Shown: piece by piece, positions 8,957 through 18,281 of the stretch | Layout: every line of letters begins with the position of its first letter | How positions within the stretch are numbered: position 1 is the stretch's first letter | From: Nitrosospira multiformis ATCC 25196 | GTDB taxonomy: Bacteria; Pseudomonadota; Gammaproteobacteria; Burkholderiales; Nitrosomonadaceae | Direction: 5' to 3' | DNA length: 32,000 nt | Assembly (NCBI RefSeq): GCF_000196355.1 | Contig: NC_007614.1 | Coordinates: 2,460,001 to 2,492,000, forward strand | The notes under the pieces: model-generated | Seen by the model: only the letters and a program-made list of their open reading frames with translations | Database searches by the model: none | What the model was told of the DNA's origin: nothing | Made by a program: the position numbers and the translations under genes

Positions 8957-9168
8957 TTTTTAACTGTAGCTTTGCTAAAACACCCTTGGCACTACTACAG
9001 GAGCATATCAGTTTGTTTCCGATCCAGCTCTTGGCGTACCTGGATTCTGCTGCCGTGCCAGCTATGAATTCGCGTGCTACGGGGACAGCCGAAGAGTTGA
9101 AAAAGGAGCGCTGAATCCTGTAGCGTTTGATTTCACAGGAGGCTATGAGTTTTCAACAGCTGCCCCGA

Positions 9169-9678
9169 TTATTCCTCGTTCACATCCAGTTTGCGATGTT
9201 CCCCCAATGCATCGGTATCACCTGTCACCAGCGCTTTCACAAGTCCGTATGCCCGCGCAGTAGCGCTGTCAGGCGCATCCCAATATTCGACTGCTATGAT
9301 GCTGACTTTGAGCAAAGCGAGATCCGGATCGTCCAAGCCCTTTGGGAACCAGGGCTTGAGCCAGGGGGACCATAAAGTCTGCATCTTCTCCTTGTCGTGC
9401 ACCAGCTCCGCTGCCCCGGATATGGAAAGATAGTCGTACTTATCGGTACGAGCGTAGGAGAGATTGACTTGCTGGTCCGGTTGCGCTTCCTCGATTTTTG
9501 GGGATGACAGGGAAGTAAAAAACCAGAGGTTGCCTTCGCTGTCCAGTTGCATCGTAGCCATGGGACGGCTACGCAAGGTCCCGTCTTTTTCCTTGGTCGT
9601 CAACATCGCAAATTTGGCATCGCCAACCATTTCCGCCACTTTAGCCAGGGCGGGATTATGTTGTTCATCGATTTCCAC
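9169..9678 (-). CDS. general stress protein 26 / pyridoxamine 5'-phosphate oxidase-like FMN-binding protein
   Basis: 169 aa. FAMLTTKEKDGTLRSRPMATMQLDSEGNLWFFTSLSSPKIEE...LSISGAAELVHDKEKMQTLWSPWLKPWFPKGLDDPDLALLKV is the typical GSP26/PNPOx-like pattern. Confidence 0.85.
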   Translation of the reverse strand: MEIDEQHNPALAKVAEMVGDAKFAMLTTKEKDGTLRSRPMATMQLDSEGNLWFFTSLSSPKIEEAQPDQQVNLSYARTDKYDYLSISGAAELVHDKEKMQTLWSPWLKPWFPKGLDDPDLALLKVSIIAVEYWDAPDSATARAYGLVKALVTGDTDALGEHRKLDVNEE

Positions 9679-10193
9679 GGCTTACTCCTTTACATGAACC
9701 GGGATTGATATTCGGCGTTTCCGATGCTCCAGGTTTCCAGGTTAATGGAGCTTGGTACATCTTAATCCTTTCCTTTAGGCTAGACACCTCAGCGCGCCTT
9801 AGCCAGGCTTGGTCTTTGCCGTTCGAGTGGTCGAGGTAAAATGCGAAAAAATCGTCTTTTGTTCCATGACATTTCGATCTATTTGGAGTGCTTGGGTGGA
9901 GTTCCAAGCCAGATCGAACGTTTAGAAACGATTAAGCCGCCTAGAAAATCAGCGAATTAGCGGCTTAAGGTGGCGGCGGCAATTATATGCATTCCCCCAT
10001 TACGGTTTGAATTCCATTGCGGAATTAATAGGATGGGCAAGACCTGATATCGCTATCCCACGGAATGGTCGAACCAGTAAAGCTCTTAGGGCCCTTGGTT
10101 TTGATGTAAAAATATACTGATTAGGGCAAGGGCCTCCGGCTGCGCTGTCATCAATTTCCCCGAGCGTATTTTCCCGAACTGGGGTTTACATCG

Positions 10194-10766
10194 TTAGCTG
10201 CGGCTTGCATACCAGACCCCATCAATTTGCTCAAATCCGCCTTGCTCCTTCAGGTACGAGTCGAAATCCGGATGGTCGGCAGACAGCAGGATCAAATCGC
10301 CTTTCACATGGCCTTCGGTTTGGACGATCAGATTTTTTACTGCTTCTGGCGAGAGTCCGCCGATGTTTCCACGCTCATCCACCATCCATCTTGTGGCATT
10401 CATGAATGCCTCGTTGCGGGTAAATCCCGTGCCGAAAACGTAGTAGCCCGATTGAACAATCGCGAACCTGACCGGCAAACGGCCTCCAGTTGCCCACTCC
10501 CGGTATTCAGGATAGGCCTCAACCAGGGCAAGTCCGTCTTGGGTAGCTTTCACCGTCCAATGCTCTTCTGAGTATGGAATTCCGGTAGCTTCAGGTGTAG
10601 GACGGCTAATTGCTATTAGCCCTTCTGCCTCCAATTCCGCCAAATCATCAAGGTTGTAGATCTCCGTAAAATGCTTTCCCGCCTTGTCGTGGGTAGTAAT
10701 TTTCGAGAGGATTCGCACTTGTTCTGCTGTCTTCATTCCCTGCCCCCTGGTTAATGTCCTGCTCAT
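10194..10766 (-). CDS. hypothetical protein (orphan), immediately outside the distal island repeat
   Basis: 190-aa ORF with protein-like composition and no motif I recognise. An alternative start at 10736 (MKTAEQV) is preceded by a G-rich SD-like sequence. Confidence 0.55.
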   Translation of the reverse strand: MSRTLTRGQGMKTAEQVRILSKITTHDKAGKHFTEIYNLDDLAELEAEGLIAISRPTPEATGIPYSEEHWTVKATQDGLALVEAYPEYREWATGGRLPVRFAIVQSGYYVFGTGFTRNEAFMNATRWMVDERGNIGGLSPEAVKNLIVQTEGHVKGDLILLSADHPDFDSYLKEQGGFEQIDGVWYASRS

Positions 10767-10859
10767 TATTATGTCATGTTGCTTCGCCAGCTACCCATTA
10801 CATGGCTCAATCATGCTGTCAGGGGGGCTTCGCCCATCTTTGTCATATTCATTACTTGG

Positions 10860-10979
10860 GTCAGTTACCGTCCGATTTCAATAGATGAGTTTGGATTTGT
10901 TTGGACAACAAAAAACCCGCAAGCCTTTATTCATGCGGGTTTTCTGGATTTCTTTGGATTATTTTGGACTTTCAATTGG
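10860..10979. repeat. distal 120-bp direct repeat of the island (att-like); contains a copy of the ssrA downstream terminator
   Basis: Identical to 20557-20676 except for one position (10873 C versus 20570 G). Confidence 0.95.
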
Positions 10980-11235
10980 GCGGCGTCAACTGAATAATGC
11001 CCTGTGATGCCCATGTATAAAGGGTTATGCTAGTTAAAGAATTCTGAGTTACCGTCAAAGTTACCGCCACATTACCGATGTGGGAGCACTGAAATATGAT
11101 AAAAGTGTGCATTCTTTGATGCCAGAGTGGCTGGCGGTTCCTTGGCTAGAGCAGTCATTTCCGTTTTCTTAAAATGCTGTGCTTCCCAAGCGATCAGCGA
11201 CTATTTCAAACATCAAATCATAGATCAAGAATCTA

Positions 11236-13857
11236 TCAGTTACTGTGCAAGGAATTAGGTTGGGAAGCCGAGGTTGTATCACTGGCCTTCGCACCCGCGT
11301 TAATGATGGCAGCATCCAGAACCGAGCGGTATCCTGTCAGTGAATACTCGCGCAGCTTTTGGAAGAATGCGTTAAAGTCACGCGGGGCCACCATGTTGAA
11401 CTGGTAGCGCACCGACAATCCTTCTTTTTCTAACCAAGCATTCAGTTGGGTGAAATGCGCACTAGCGTATTCGTGCTTTTTCACGTTTTCTGGAGATAGA
11501 TCGCTGATTTCGCCATCGTCCTTGATCTCGGCCACAAACAGCCAGTCACCTTGTTTGATGAAAAAATCCGGGCTGAATTCACCGCGTTTTGGATGTTCAC
11601 CCTTCTTCCACGCGTATTCGAGCGAATAGAAGTTCATGGCAGCGTTCTTCAGCCAGGTGTCCAGACATTTTGTGTTTTCCCTTTTGGTCAATTCCCGCAT
11701 GAACTTGCGTTCGGGGGTAGCGTCGGCAATGGCGAGATTGACGGGCGATTTGAAATCGGCGGGGTTCCCAACCTCCACCCGACCGCTAACGAAATCCCCA
11801 TCGGCATCAACTACCTCGTCAAAGAATTCCTGCTGCTCGTCCACCAAGGTTTCGCGACAGCCCTCGGTGAAGAAGACTGTTTTTGTCCCACGCCGCAGTT
11901 CTGCGGCACTGCAACTGTCGGCCTGCCGTGTCGCGGTGTTAAACGTCACCAGCGCCTGGGGCGACAACACATACACTACCCGTTTCGTCGCTTTGCGCTT
12001 CAAAGGGCCGATTGCTTGTAGGAACTTCTGGCGATTGTCGTCGGTGATGCGACCATCAGTGATGCCCGCCTGTTTCAATGATTCACTGACAATCGCCATG
12101 CATTTGTCGCGGGGAAAACGTTTTGCATAGTTGGTCCGATCTTCCGGGTCTTGTGCATCGGCGGTTTCTTGGTCGATGCTCTTGAGCCGCAAGTAAAGCT
12201 GCTCAGCCACATCCTCAGCGGAATAAGTTTTCTGGCGGAGGATTGCGCCAAACTTTGAATGCTTGCCGGTCAGCGCCTCCTCGAATTCTACCGTAACGGA
12301 TTGGTCCACTACCTGTGAAGGCAGCACCACGTAGCCCTTCGCGAAAATCTGGTACTCACCGCTTTGCGGATGATCGGTGATTTCTTCCTTACGCGTGTAA
12401 TCCAGGTTGTGCAGCTCGAAGTGATACGGTGATTCCACTAGTGGTCGCGACGACAATCGGCGCTCGATTTCTAAAATCTCGTCAACTAGATGCTTGATGC
12501 GCCTTGACCATGCATCGTGATTGAATACCGTCACTATCGGATCTTCCCCTGTCCAGCCAACGGGCCTACGCAAGCCCCGGCCTAGCACCTGAGCTATTAG
12601 CAATTTACTGTTGAATGCGCGTTCCTCGTGCGGGACAATCTGGAACACGTTTTTCACATCCCAGCCCTCGGACAGCATGGATACCGAGATGATCCATTCC
12701 ACCTTGCTGGCAAGGCTATCCACTGTTCGTAGCATCGCCACATTGGCCTGATGCTCCTTGGCTGAAGTTACCACCAGCACCTTTGCACGAGCCTCTTCCG
12801 GTTTGATCTTCTCCCATGTAGTCAGCCAATCAGTCAGGTCTTCCGCCACCTGTTTGCACGCCGCGATCTTTTGCGTAATCACTATGGTCAAGGGCCGAAT
12901 AATCCGGCTCTTCAGCTTCCTCTTCCAATCCTCATGTCGCTGCCAGATCAGTTGCCAGTAGTCTTCTTGGCCATGGGTAGCTGGCATATCAGAAACGTAC
13001 TCCACCTTTTTAACGAAACGCTCCTCGATGGCCTGCCGCAACGAGTAGCGATACACCACGTCTGAGAAGTAATCGTTGCCAACATAGCAGGTACCAGAAA
13101 CGGCTAGCACATAGCGGAAACCATAGTCGGCCGATTGCAGGAAGGTTTTCCACTTACCCGCCTCTGTGCCGGTTTCGTTAGCCACGTGGTGGGCCTCGTC
13201 GTTCAGTACCGCTACCCGAGCGCCCTTACCCTTGAGACTGTCACGGATAGATGAATTCACATGGTCCAGAATAGCGTGGTAGTTCTCCACACACAGGGCA
13301 CCATCTACAATGGTTTCCGAGGCGTTGATGACGCGAGGTGTGGAAAAGCGCGCATAGGCCGGTAGGGTATCGCGTAAATCGGCATTGCTCGCTAATTCCT
13401 TGAACTTGGCCAGGAGGCCTGCCTCAATTGTGTTGGATGGGCAGAGTACCAGCACCCGGTCCACTACCCCCTCAGCTAGCAGGATCGCCGCGATGCCATA
13501 GAGCACGAAACTTTTGCCCGTGCCGGTTGCAAGATCCAGTGAACAGGCAAGCTGAGCGGGTAATTGCAAATGCGACTGCATCGAATCCCATCGCCCCCAG
13601 CGATGTCGCAAATCCTCGTTGGCCTCGAAATTCTCTTTGGCCAATTGGCACAAGTCGGCATACCGCCCACCCAACCAATAACTCAGTACGGCTCGGATTG
13701 CCGTCTTCTGGTATTCACGGTGCCCACACAAGGCGTCAAGAAATGCCTCATAACGGCTCTCATCCCATTTACAAGGATCATGGGGCTTGATTGCCAGAAC
13801 CAGGTCTTCATTGCGGAAGGCGCGGCGGTCACCGAAATGGCGTGCGGTAGTCCTCAT
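11236..13857 (-). CDS. res: Type III restriction endonuclease, Res subunit (SF2 helicase plus a PD-(D/E)xK nuclease)
   Basis: 873 aa. Helicase motifs: I DLATGTGKSF, II VLNDEAHH (DEAH), III VSGT, VI QVLGRGLRR. The C-terminal nuclease motif is SPDFFIKQGDWLFVAEIKD. Its start overlaps the mod stop by 4 nt. Confidence 0.9.
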   Translation of the reverse strand: MRTTARHFGDRRAFRNEDLVLAIKPHDPCKWDESRYEAFLDALCGHREYQKTAIRAVLSYWLGGRYADLCQLAKENFEANEDLRHRWGRWDSMQSHLQLPAQLACSLDLATGTGKSFVLYGIAAILLAEGVVDRVLVLCPSNTIEAGLLAKFKELASNADLRDTLPAYARFSTPRVINASETIVDGALCVENYHAILDHVNSSIRDSLKGKGARVAVLNDEAHHVANETGTEAGKWKTFLQSADYGFRYVLAVSGTCYVGNDYFSDVVYRYSLRQAIEERFVKKVEYVSDMPATHGQEDYWQLIWQRHEDWKRKLKSRIIRPLTIVITQKIAACKQVAEDLTDWLTTWEKIKPEEARAKVLVVTSAKEHQANVAMLRTVDSLASKVEWIISVSMLSEGWDVKNVFQIVPHEERAFNSKLLIAQVLGRGLRRPVGWTGEDPIVTVFNHDAWSRRIKHLVDEILEIERRLSSRPLVESPYHFELHNLDYTRKEEITDHPQSGEYQIFAKGYVVLPSQVVDQSVTVEFEEALTGKHSKFGAILRQKTYSAEDVAEQLYLRLKSIDQETADAQDPEDRTNYAKRFPRDKCMAIVSESLKQAGITDGRITDDNRQKFLQAIGPLKRKATKRVVYVLSPQALVTFNTATRQADSCSAAELRRGTKTVFFTEGCRETLVDEQQEFFDEVVDADGDFVSGRVEVGNPADFKSPVNLAIADATPERKFMRELTKRENTKCLDTWLKNAAMNFYSLEYAWKKGEHPKRGEFSPDFFIKQGDWLFVAEIKDDGEISDLSPENVKKHEYASAHFTQLNAWLEKEGLSVRYQFNMVAPRDFNAFFQKLREYSLTGYRSVLDAAIINAGAKASDTTSASQPNSLHSN

Positions 13858-15875
13858 GCTCTTTTTGCCTCTGTCTTTGCAATGGGAGAGCCGTTGCGCT
13901 TTTCAAGTTTCTCTAGCGCAAAATGAGCCGCAGGTATCACCACACGCGCCTCATTGCCATAGATGTCTAGGAAAACCGCCATGACCTTCTCGCCGGGGCG
14001 GTTGGCAGGAAAACGCACCTCCCAAGCCGCCCCCTCGATAGCTTCGGCATAAAACACCTCGTCCAGATCGAACACATCATTCTCGGCATCGTAGTCATAA
14101 TCCAACATTACCATGGACAATGTTTCCCGGTTGCCACGTTTTCGCATCGGCTCCCGCACGGCGGCCTCGCTGAAAAAAGTGTCGATGCGAATGAATGCTT
14201 GCTCAAGCAATTCACCCTCCGGGTTGCCTCGACCCACGGCGTACTCCAACTCAGGGGTCTTAATGAAATCGAAGCCTACGGCATCTACCGTGTCGTTCAC
14301 CGCCATCTCGTCAGTCGGCTGTTTTAAGGCAAGAAAGTCGCGTTGATGCAGCTCGTGAATGATGGAATACGGCACCCGCAGAGCGTAATAGCGTACCTCC
14401 CCGATCTGGATGTAATCCTGTTGGAAGTCGAAGGCCATTGCCGGCGCGATAATGAATATACGTGTGCCAACCTTGGAGCCCGCCGCTTCATGGATAGAGC
14501 GTAACGTCTCCTCGCTGACTGTCGCGCCATTCCCCTTGCGGTGATCGAAAATAATGACGGGGCTGGCTTTCAGTGTGCCATCAAATTGGATGCCACCGAT
14601 TCGTTGGGGGGCACTCTGGCAACTAAAGAGGGTGAGGGCAAACCGCCGCCAGTCACTCCAAGGCAATTCCTTAAGACGGGCGAAGTCGTAGAGGCCGGCG
14701 TTGTAAAGGGTGAAGGGCTTGGCTTTGAGCGCCTTGCCCTTTTCGCTGAGATTCAGCATCCGCTTCTGGATGGTGTAGATCGCAAGTTTCCCGCAGTCAA
14801 TGCCGATCCAGCGACGATTAAGTTTTTCTGCAACCGCACAGGTGGTTCCTGATCCGGCAAATGCATCCATAACAAGATCTCCAATATTGGAGGAGACCTT
14901 GATGATTCTATTTAAAAGTGCAGGATTTTTCGCGCTTGGATAGTCGTATCTGTCACTTGATGCTCTGTTAAGAAATGGAATGTCGCTCCACCAATCACGA
15001 GGTCTAATACCCTCTTTTGTGTCGAAGTAATCCCTATAGACCCATTCCGGATTTGCTGCCTCTACATCCAAAGGAATACCATGCTTACCGCGCCATGGAC
15101 TTCCCTTGACGTTTCTTCCCCTTAATTGAAATTTCCTTCCATCTTCATCGATGTGCTCATATTTTGCCAAAGTACCTTGTGAATACTGACCAGCCGCCTC
15201 TTTCCAGTTAAATACATGTTGATCTGATTTGAAGTTTTTTGCATACACCAAGATATTGTCATGCTTCCTGTTCCAATGACGTGTTGCTAACTCACGTTCT
15301 CCGTAGCACCAAGCAACTTCGTTCATAAAGTTTTGCTCGCCAAAAATCTCATCAAGGATAACTTTTATGTAATGAGACTTACGGTAATCCAGGTGAACGT
15401 ATAGAAGGCCATTATCAGAAAGAAGGTCACGAATGAGGATTAGCCTTTTTCGCAAAAACTCAATAAATGTAGCGCCATAAATCTTATCCTGATACGCTTT
15501 TTGGTCTTGCGCGCCCTGAAATTCTTGTCGAGTTGCAAATGGCGGGTCGATATATACCAAGCGGATACCAGACGTTCCGTCGGCGTTGCATAGTTCCCCA
15601 CGCCGCTTCATTTCCAGCAACGTCTTCATGGCTTGCAGGTTGTCCCCAAAGATCAATTTGTTGTGCCACGTCACCCCGTTTTTATTGAAGGTTCGTACTG
15701 GCTGTAAGGGTACTGCCAGCGTGTTGGCGATGATGTCTTCCTCGCGCTCCTTGCCTTGATAGACCAGCTCGTATTCACGCTTCTCAGGCGGGAACAGGAT
15801 GCGCGACCATTCCGGCGCTACTTCTCCACCGGAAAGTAGGATTTCGATGATGCGTTGTCGTTGTTCAGGTGTCAT
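13854..15875 (-). CDS. mod: Type III restriction-modification system methyltransferase, Mod subunit (beta-class N6A/N4C MTase)
   Basis: 673 aa. Motif IV VYIDPPFAT comes before motif I DAFAGSGTT (the beta-class order), with a variable region between them. It sits upstream of, and overlaps, res. Confidence 0.92.
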   Translation of the reverse strand: MTPEQRQRIIEILLSGGEVAPEWSRILFPPEKREYELVYQGKEREEDIIANTLAVPLQPVRTFNKNGVTWHNKLIFGDNLQAMKTLLEMKRRGELCNADGTSGIRLVYIDPPFATRQEFQGAQDQKAYQDKIYGATFIEFLRKRLILIRDLLSDNGLLYVHLDYRKSHYIKVILDEIFGEQNFMNEVAWCYGERELATRHWNRKHDNILVYAKNFKSDQHVFNWKEAAGQYSQGTLAKYEHIDEDGRKFQLRGRNVKGSPWRGKHGIPLDVEAANPEWVYRDYFDTKEGIRPRDWWSDIPFLNRASSDRYDYPSAKNPALLNRIIKVSSNIGDLVMDAFAGSGTTCAVAEKLNRRWIGIDCGKLAIYTIQKRMLNLSEKGKALKAKPFTLYNAGLYDFARLKELPWSDWRRFALTLFSCQSAPQRIGGIQFDGTLKASPVIIFDHRKGNGATVSEETLRSIHEAAGSKVGTRIFIIAPAMAFDFQQDYIQIGEVRYYALRVPYSIIHELHQRDFLALKQPTDEMAVNDTVDAVGFDFIKTPELEYAVGRGNPEGELLEQAFIRIDTFFSEAAVREPMRKRGNRETLSMVMLDYDYDAENDVFDLDEVFYAEAIEGAAWEVRFPANRPGEKVMAVFLDIYGNEARVVIPAAHFALEKLEKRNGSPIAKTEAKRA

Positions 15876-15968
15876 GTTAAATTTTTCAGCTTCGTTTTCA
15901 GCGCCTGCACCTCTTGGCGTTCTATATAACGACTATTACAGGCCTTCATCAGGCTAGCATTTTTAATC

Positions 15969-16492
15969 GGTAACACCGGTAACAATTGGGATAAGGTGCT
16001 AGAAACATCCAATTCATGAGGCTTTCCGTGTTACCGCAAAATGTCACCCATTCGAATATATGGGGTAACGGCGGTAACAGGTGTCAGCTTAAGTCAGAAC
16101 AGACTGAGAAGAGGCGCTTGCTTAACCGTGGCATGTATCAGCAACAAAGGGAAGATGTTAAAAAACGCTCTACTGTAACAGAAGGAGTTATCTTAGATGT
16201 TAACTGTAACTGTACCGTATCTACTATAGGACTGCACGCACGAAGCTGTACAGTACGGTAACCGTAACAATATCAGTAACGGTTACAGTTACGGTAACAG
16301 AGAATCGAATATATCAATAAATCCTGTAACGGTAACAGGAACATGAGAAGCAAAGATTTCTGTAACAGGAATTCCTATAGCGAGATTTCCGGTAACAGTG
16401 CAAGTGTTACCGGCCTGACTTGGCGCGGTAACACCAGGGTTACGTCGAAAATTTCGCTCCTATTGGCTGTTACCGCGTTACCGCTGTAACAG
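15969..16492. repeat. array of ~23 GTAAC/GTTAC-core motifs (13 exact GGTAAC/GTTACC; GTAACAG x7); candidate iteron or origin region
   Basis: GGTAAC at 15969, 15978, 16064, 16073, 16257, 16293, 16331, 16391, 16427. GTTACC at 16030, 16406, 16469, 16477. TGTAAC/CGTAAC/AGTAAC variants lie in between. No convincing ORF covers the region. Confidence 0.85.
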
Positions 16493-16504
16493 CGGCAATT
16501 GCGT

Positions 16505-18277
16505 TTACTCTTCCTCATCCCGATATCGAATAACGTAGACCCTCGATGAACCCAATCCTTGAAGTCGCACAACTTGCGACGGTTTGCCATCATTGCCTGG
16601 AAGCAATAGGCCAGCATTCAGCAAGACTTTCTTAACCGTCTTCTCATCAAAGCCCTCGCAGACTTCCTTGCGGAAGACTTGCGGCAATACCAGGAACTCC
16701 CGGCCTTCTTTTATTCCGTTCCGGTAGAAACCTGCCCTTTTTGGAATGCGCTGGTCAATTGTTGCGTTGATATCTTCAAACCTGCTTGCACCATGGGTTT
16801 CAAAGAAAGCCCGTACCTGAGCCAATATCGCCCGTTCTTCGCGGTTGCCACTCCCGCCAAAGGCTTCCAGCCAAACGGCAAAGCAGGTGTGAGCAGCATG
16901 AATCGCTTCACCTTGAGACCATCCTGTTAATTTTGAGTGTGTTGCCAGTTCGCCCGCCACGGCAACCAATGCAAAGCGACGCGCTACCCGCTCAACTTGC
17001 CCTGCCGCCCTTGCCGGTATTACTCCCGTTACAAATTGCTTGATTTGCTCAGGGACAAAGTCTTTGAGGGAAATCCTGTTCGCGACGAGATAGCGCAACC
17101 ATTCCTTACCAACAGCGCCATGATATTTGCTAGATGCTTCCTTTATCGCTACCGCCAGGGAAGCAGCATTGGGATATCCATTCAATGTCTCGAATATGCC
17201 CATGCCTGAGCCTGCATCAGCTTCTATGTCGGCTAGACGGATTTCCTGCCCGGCAGTTGTTTGTTTGCCTGCTTGTGCCATGATTGCGGAAAGAGAGGTT
17301 TCACCTGCGCTTAAGAACAGCAGCCGCCAGCGTTGGCTTGAGCGGGCAAAGCCATTGCGTGACGCTCTGACTTTGCCTTGACCATTCGCCAAAAGATAAG
17401 CGGCTTCTCCCGCATCCTTTGGTTCAATCTATCCAATTTCATCCAGAATCAGCAAGCCGTCATTGTGCAGTGTTGCCAATCCTTCCAAGCCATTGACCGT
17501 GCCACGCCAGAGCCGCACATAAGCTGAAGGATTGCCCCATACTGAAGCGGCAAGCTTTAATGCACTGGATTTGCCGGAAGATGAGGCGCCGCGAAGATGA
17601 AAGCCACCGGAGTCTTCCCCTGCAATTTCAGCCAATGCGCCTGCAAAGGCCACGGATAGCGCAAATACAAGGCGCGTATTGCCTGCCGCCAGTGCTGCCA
17701 CAGAATCACGCCATTCCTCTACCGTGCCGACTTCCGTATAAGCCGGTTCAATCGCGTGCGAGTTTTGAAATACGACAAGTTCTTCAGTTTCCCCAATTGC
17801 ACCAGTGGGTGTAACAAAAGTATTGCCGTGCCAGCCAAGACGATCTACGCAACGTGCTCTTGCTTCTACCGGCCATACCTTGACATATGCAGCCAACAAG
17901 CCACGTGCGAATTGATTAGGCGAGATATGCAACCCAAGGCGGGCAAGCTCACGCCTCACATCCGCGCCGTCACTCTCCAGGAGTTCGAGCGGCATTGCCC
18001 ATTGGTGGATATGTCCATCATCATCCCGCCATTCCAATAATCGCCCCCATTCGCCGCTCTTCCCATCCCTTGTTTTGGCAATTACAGATAGAGGGACGCA
18101 AATCCATTGCGGCAATTGCTCGTTTCCGTCTTTGTCTCTACCATGGAAATAGACGCCTGTTTCTGCAAGTTCGAAGCGACCGCTCCCGTATGAGCATGAA
18201 GTTATAAGAGCAGTCGTTGAGTTTTGGGTTGACGGTAGGGGTGCGATTTGTGCTGTGCTGATATTTCGCATCGCCAT
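16505..18277 (-). pseudogene. DUF927-type P-loop NTPase (putative island replicase/helicase) interrupted by one in-frame TAG
   Basis: The track ORFs 17429-18277 and 16505-17392 are in the same frame. The sequence reads ...GASSSGKSSAL (Walker A)...LLILDEIG (Walker B) TAG IEPKDAGEAAYLLANGQGKVRASRNG..., with the stop codon at 17429-17431. The N-terminal pattern (GVYFHG.., WICVPL, TRDGKSGEWGRLLEWRDDDG, RLGWH) is DUF927-like. Confidence 0.8.
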
Positions 18278-18281
18278 CCCC

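Noticed and set aside
9933-9969. Inverted repeat ttaagccgc...gcggcttaa in the 9.7-10.2 kb intergenic region
   Set aside because: It has a short 9-bp stem, a ~19-nt loop, no U-tract and no adjacent gene end. There is not enough to call a terminator or regulatory site.
13854-15875. Phase-variable simple-sequence repeat in the Type III mod gene
   Set aside because: I scanned for tetra- or penta-nucleotide tracts and long homopolymers of the kind seen in phasevarion mod genes and saw none.
15873-15950. 25-aa minus-strand upstream ORF (MKACNSRYIERQEVQALKTKLKNLT) whose TGA overlaps the mod ATG (ATGA)
   Set aside because: The overlap resembles translational coupling or a leader peptide, but there is no Shine-Dalgarno sequence before its ATG. 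It is too short to be a C-protein-like controller, and an ORF of this length is expected by chance.
15969-16492. Whether the GTAAC repeat region is a CRISPR array or encodes the 81-aa ORF at 16016-16261
   Set aside because: The motifs are only 6-8 bp, irregularly spaced and present in both orientations. There is no 25-40 bp repeat unit, no uniform spacers and no cas genes. The 81-aa ORF is an artefact of the repeats (poor composition, no RBS).
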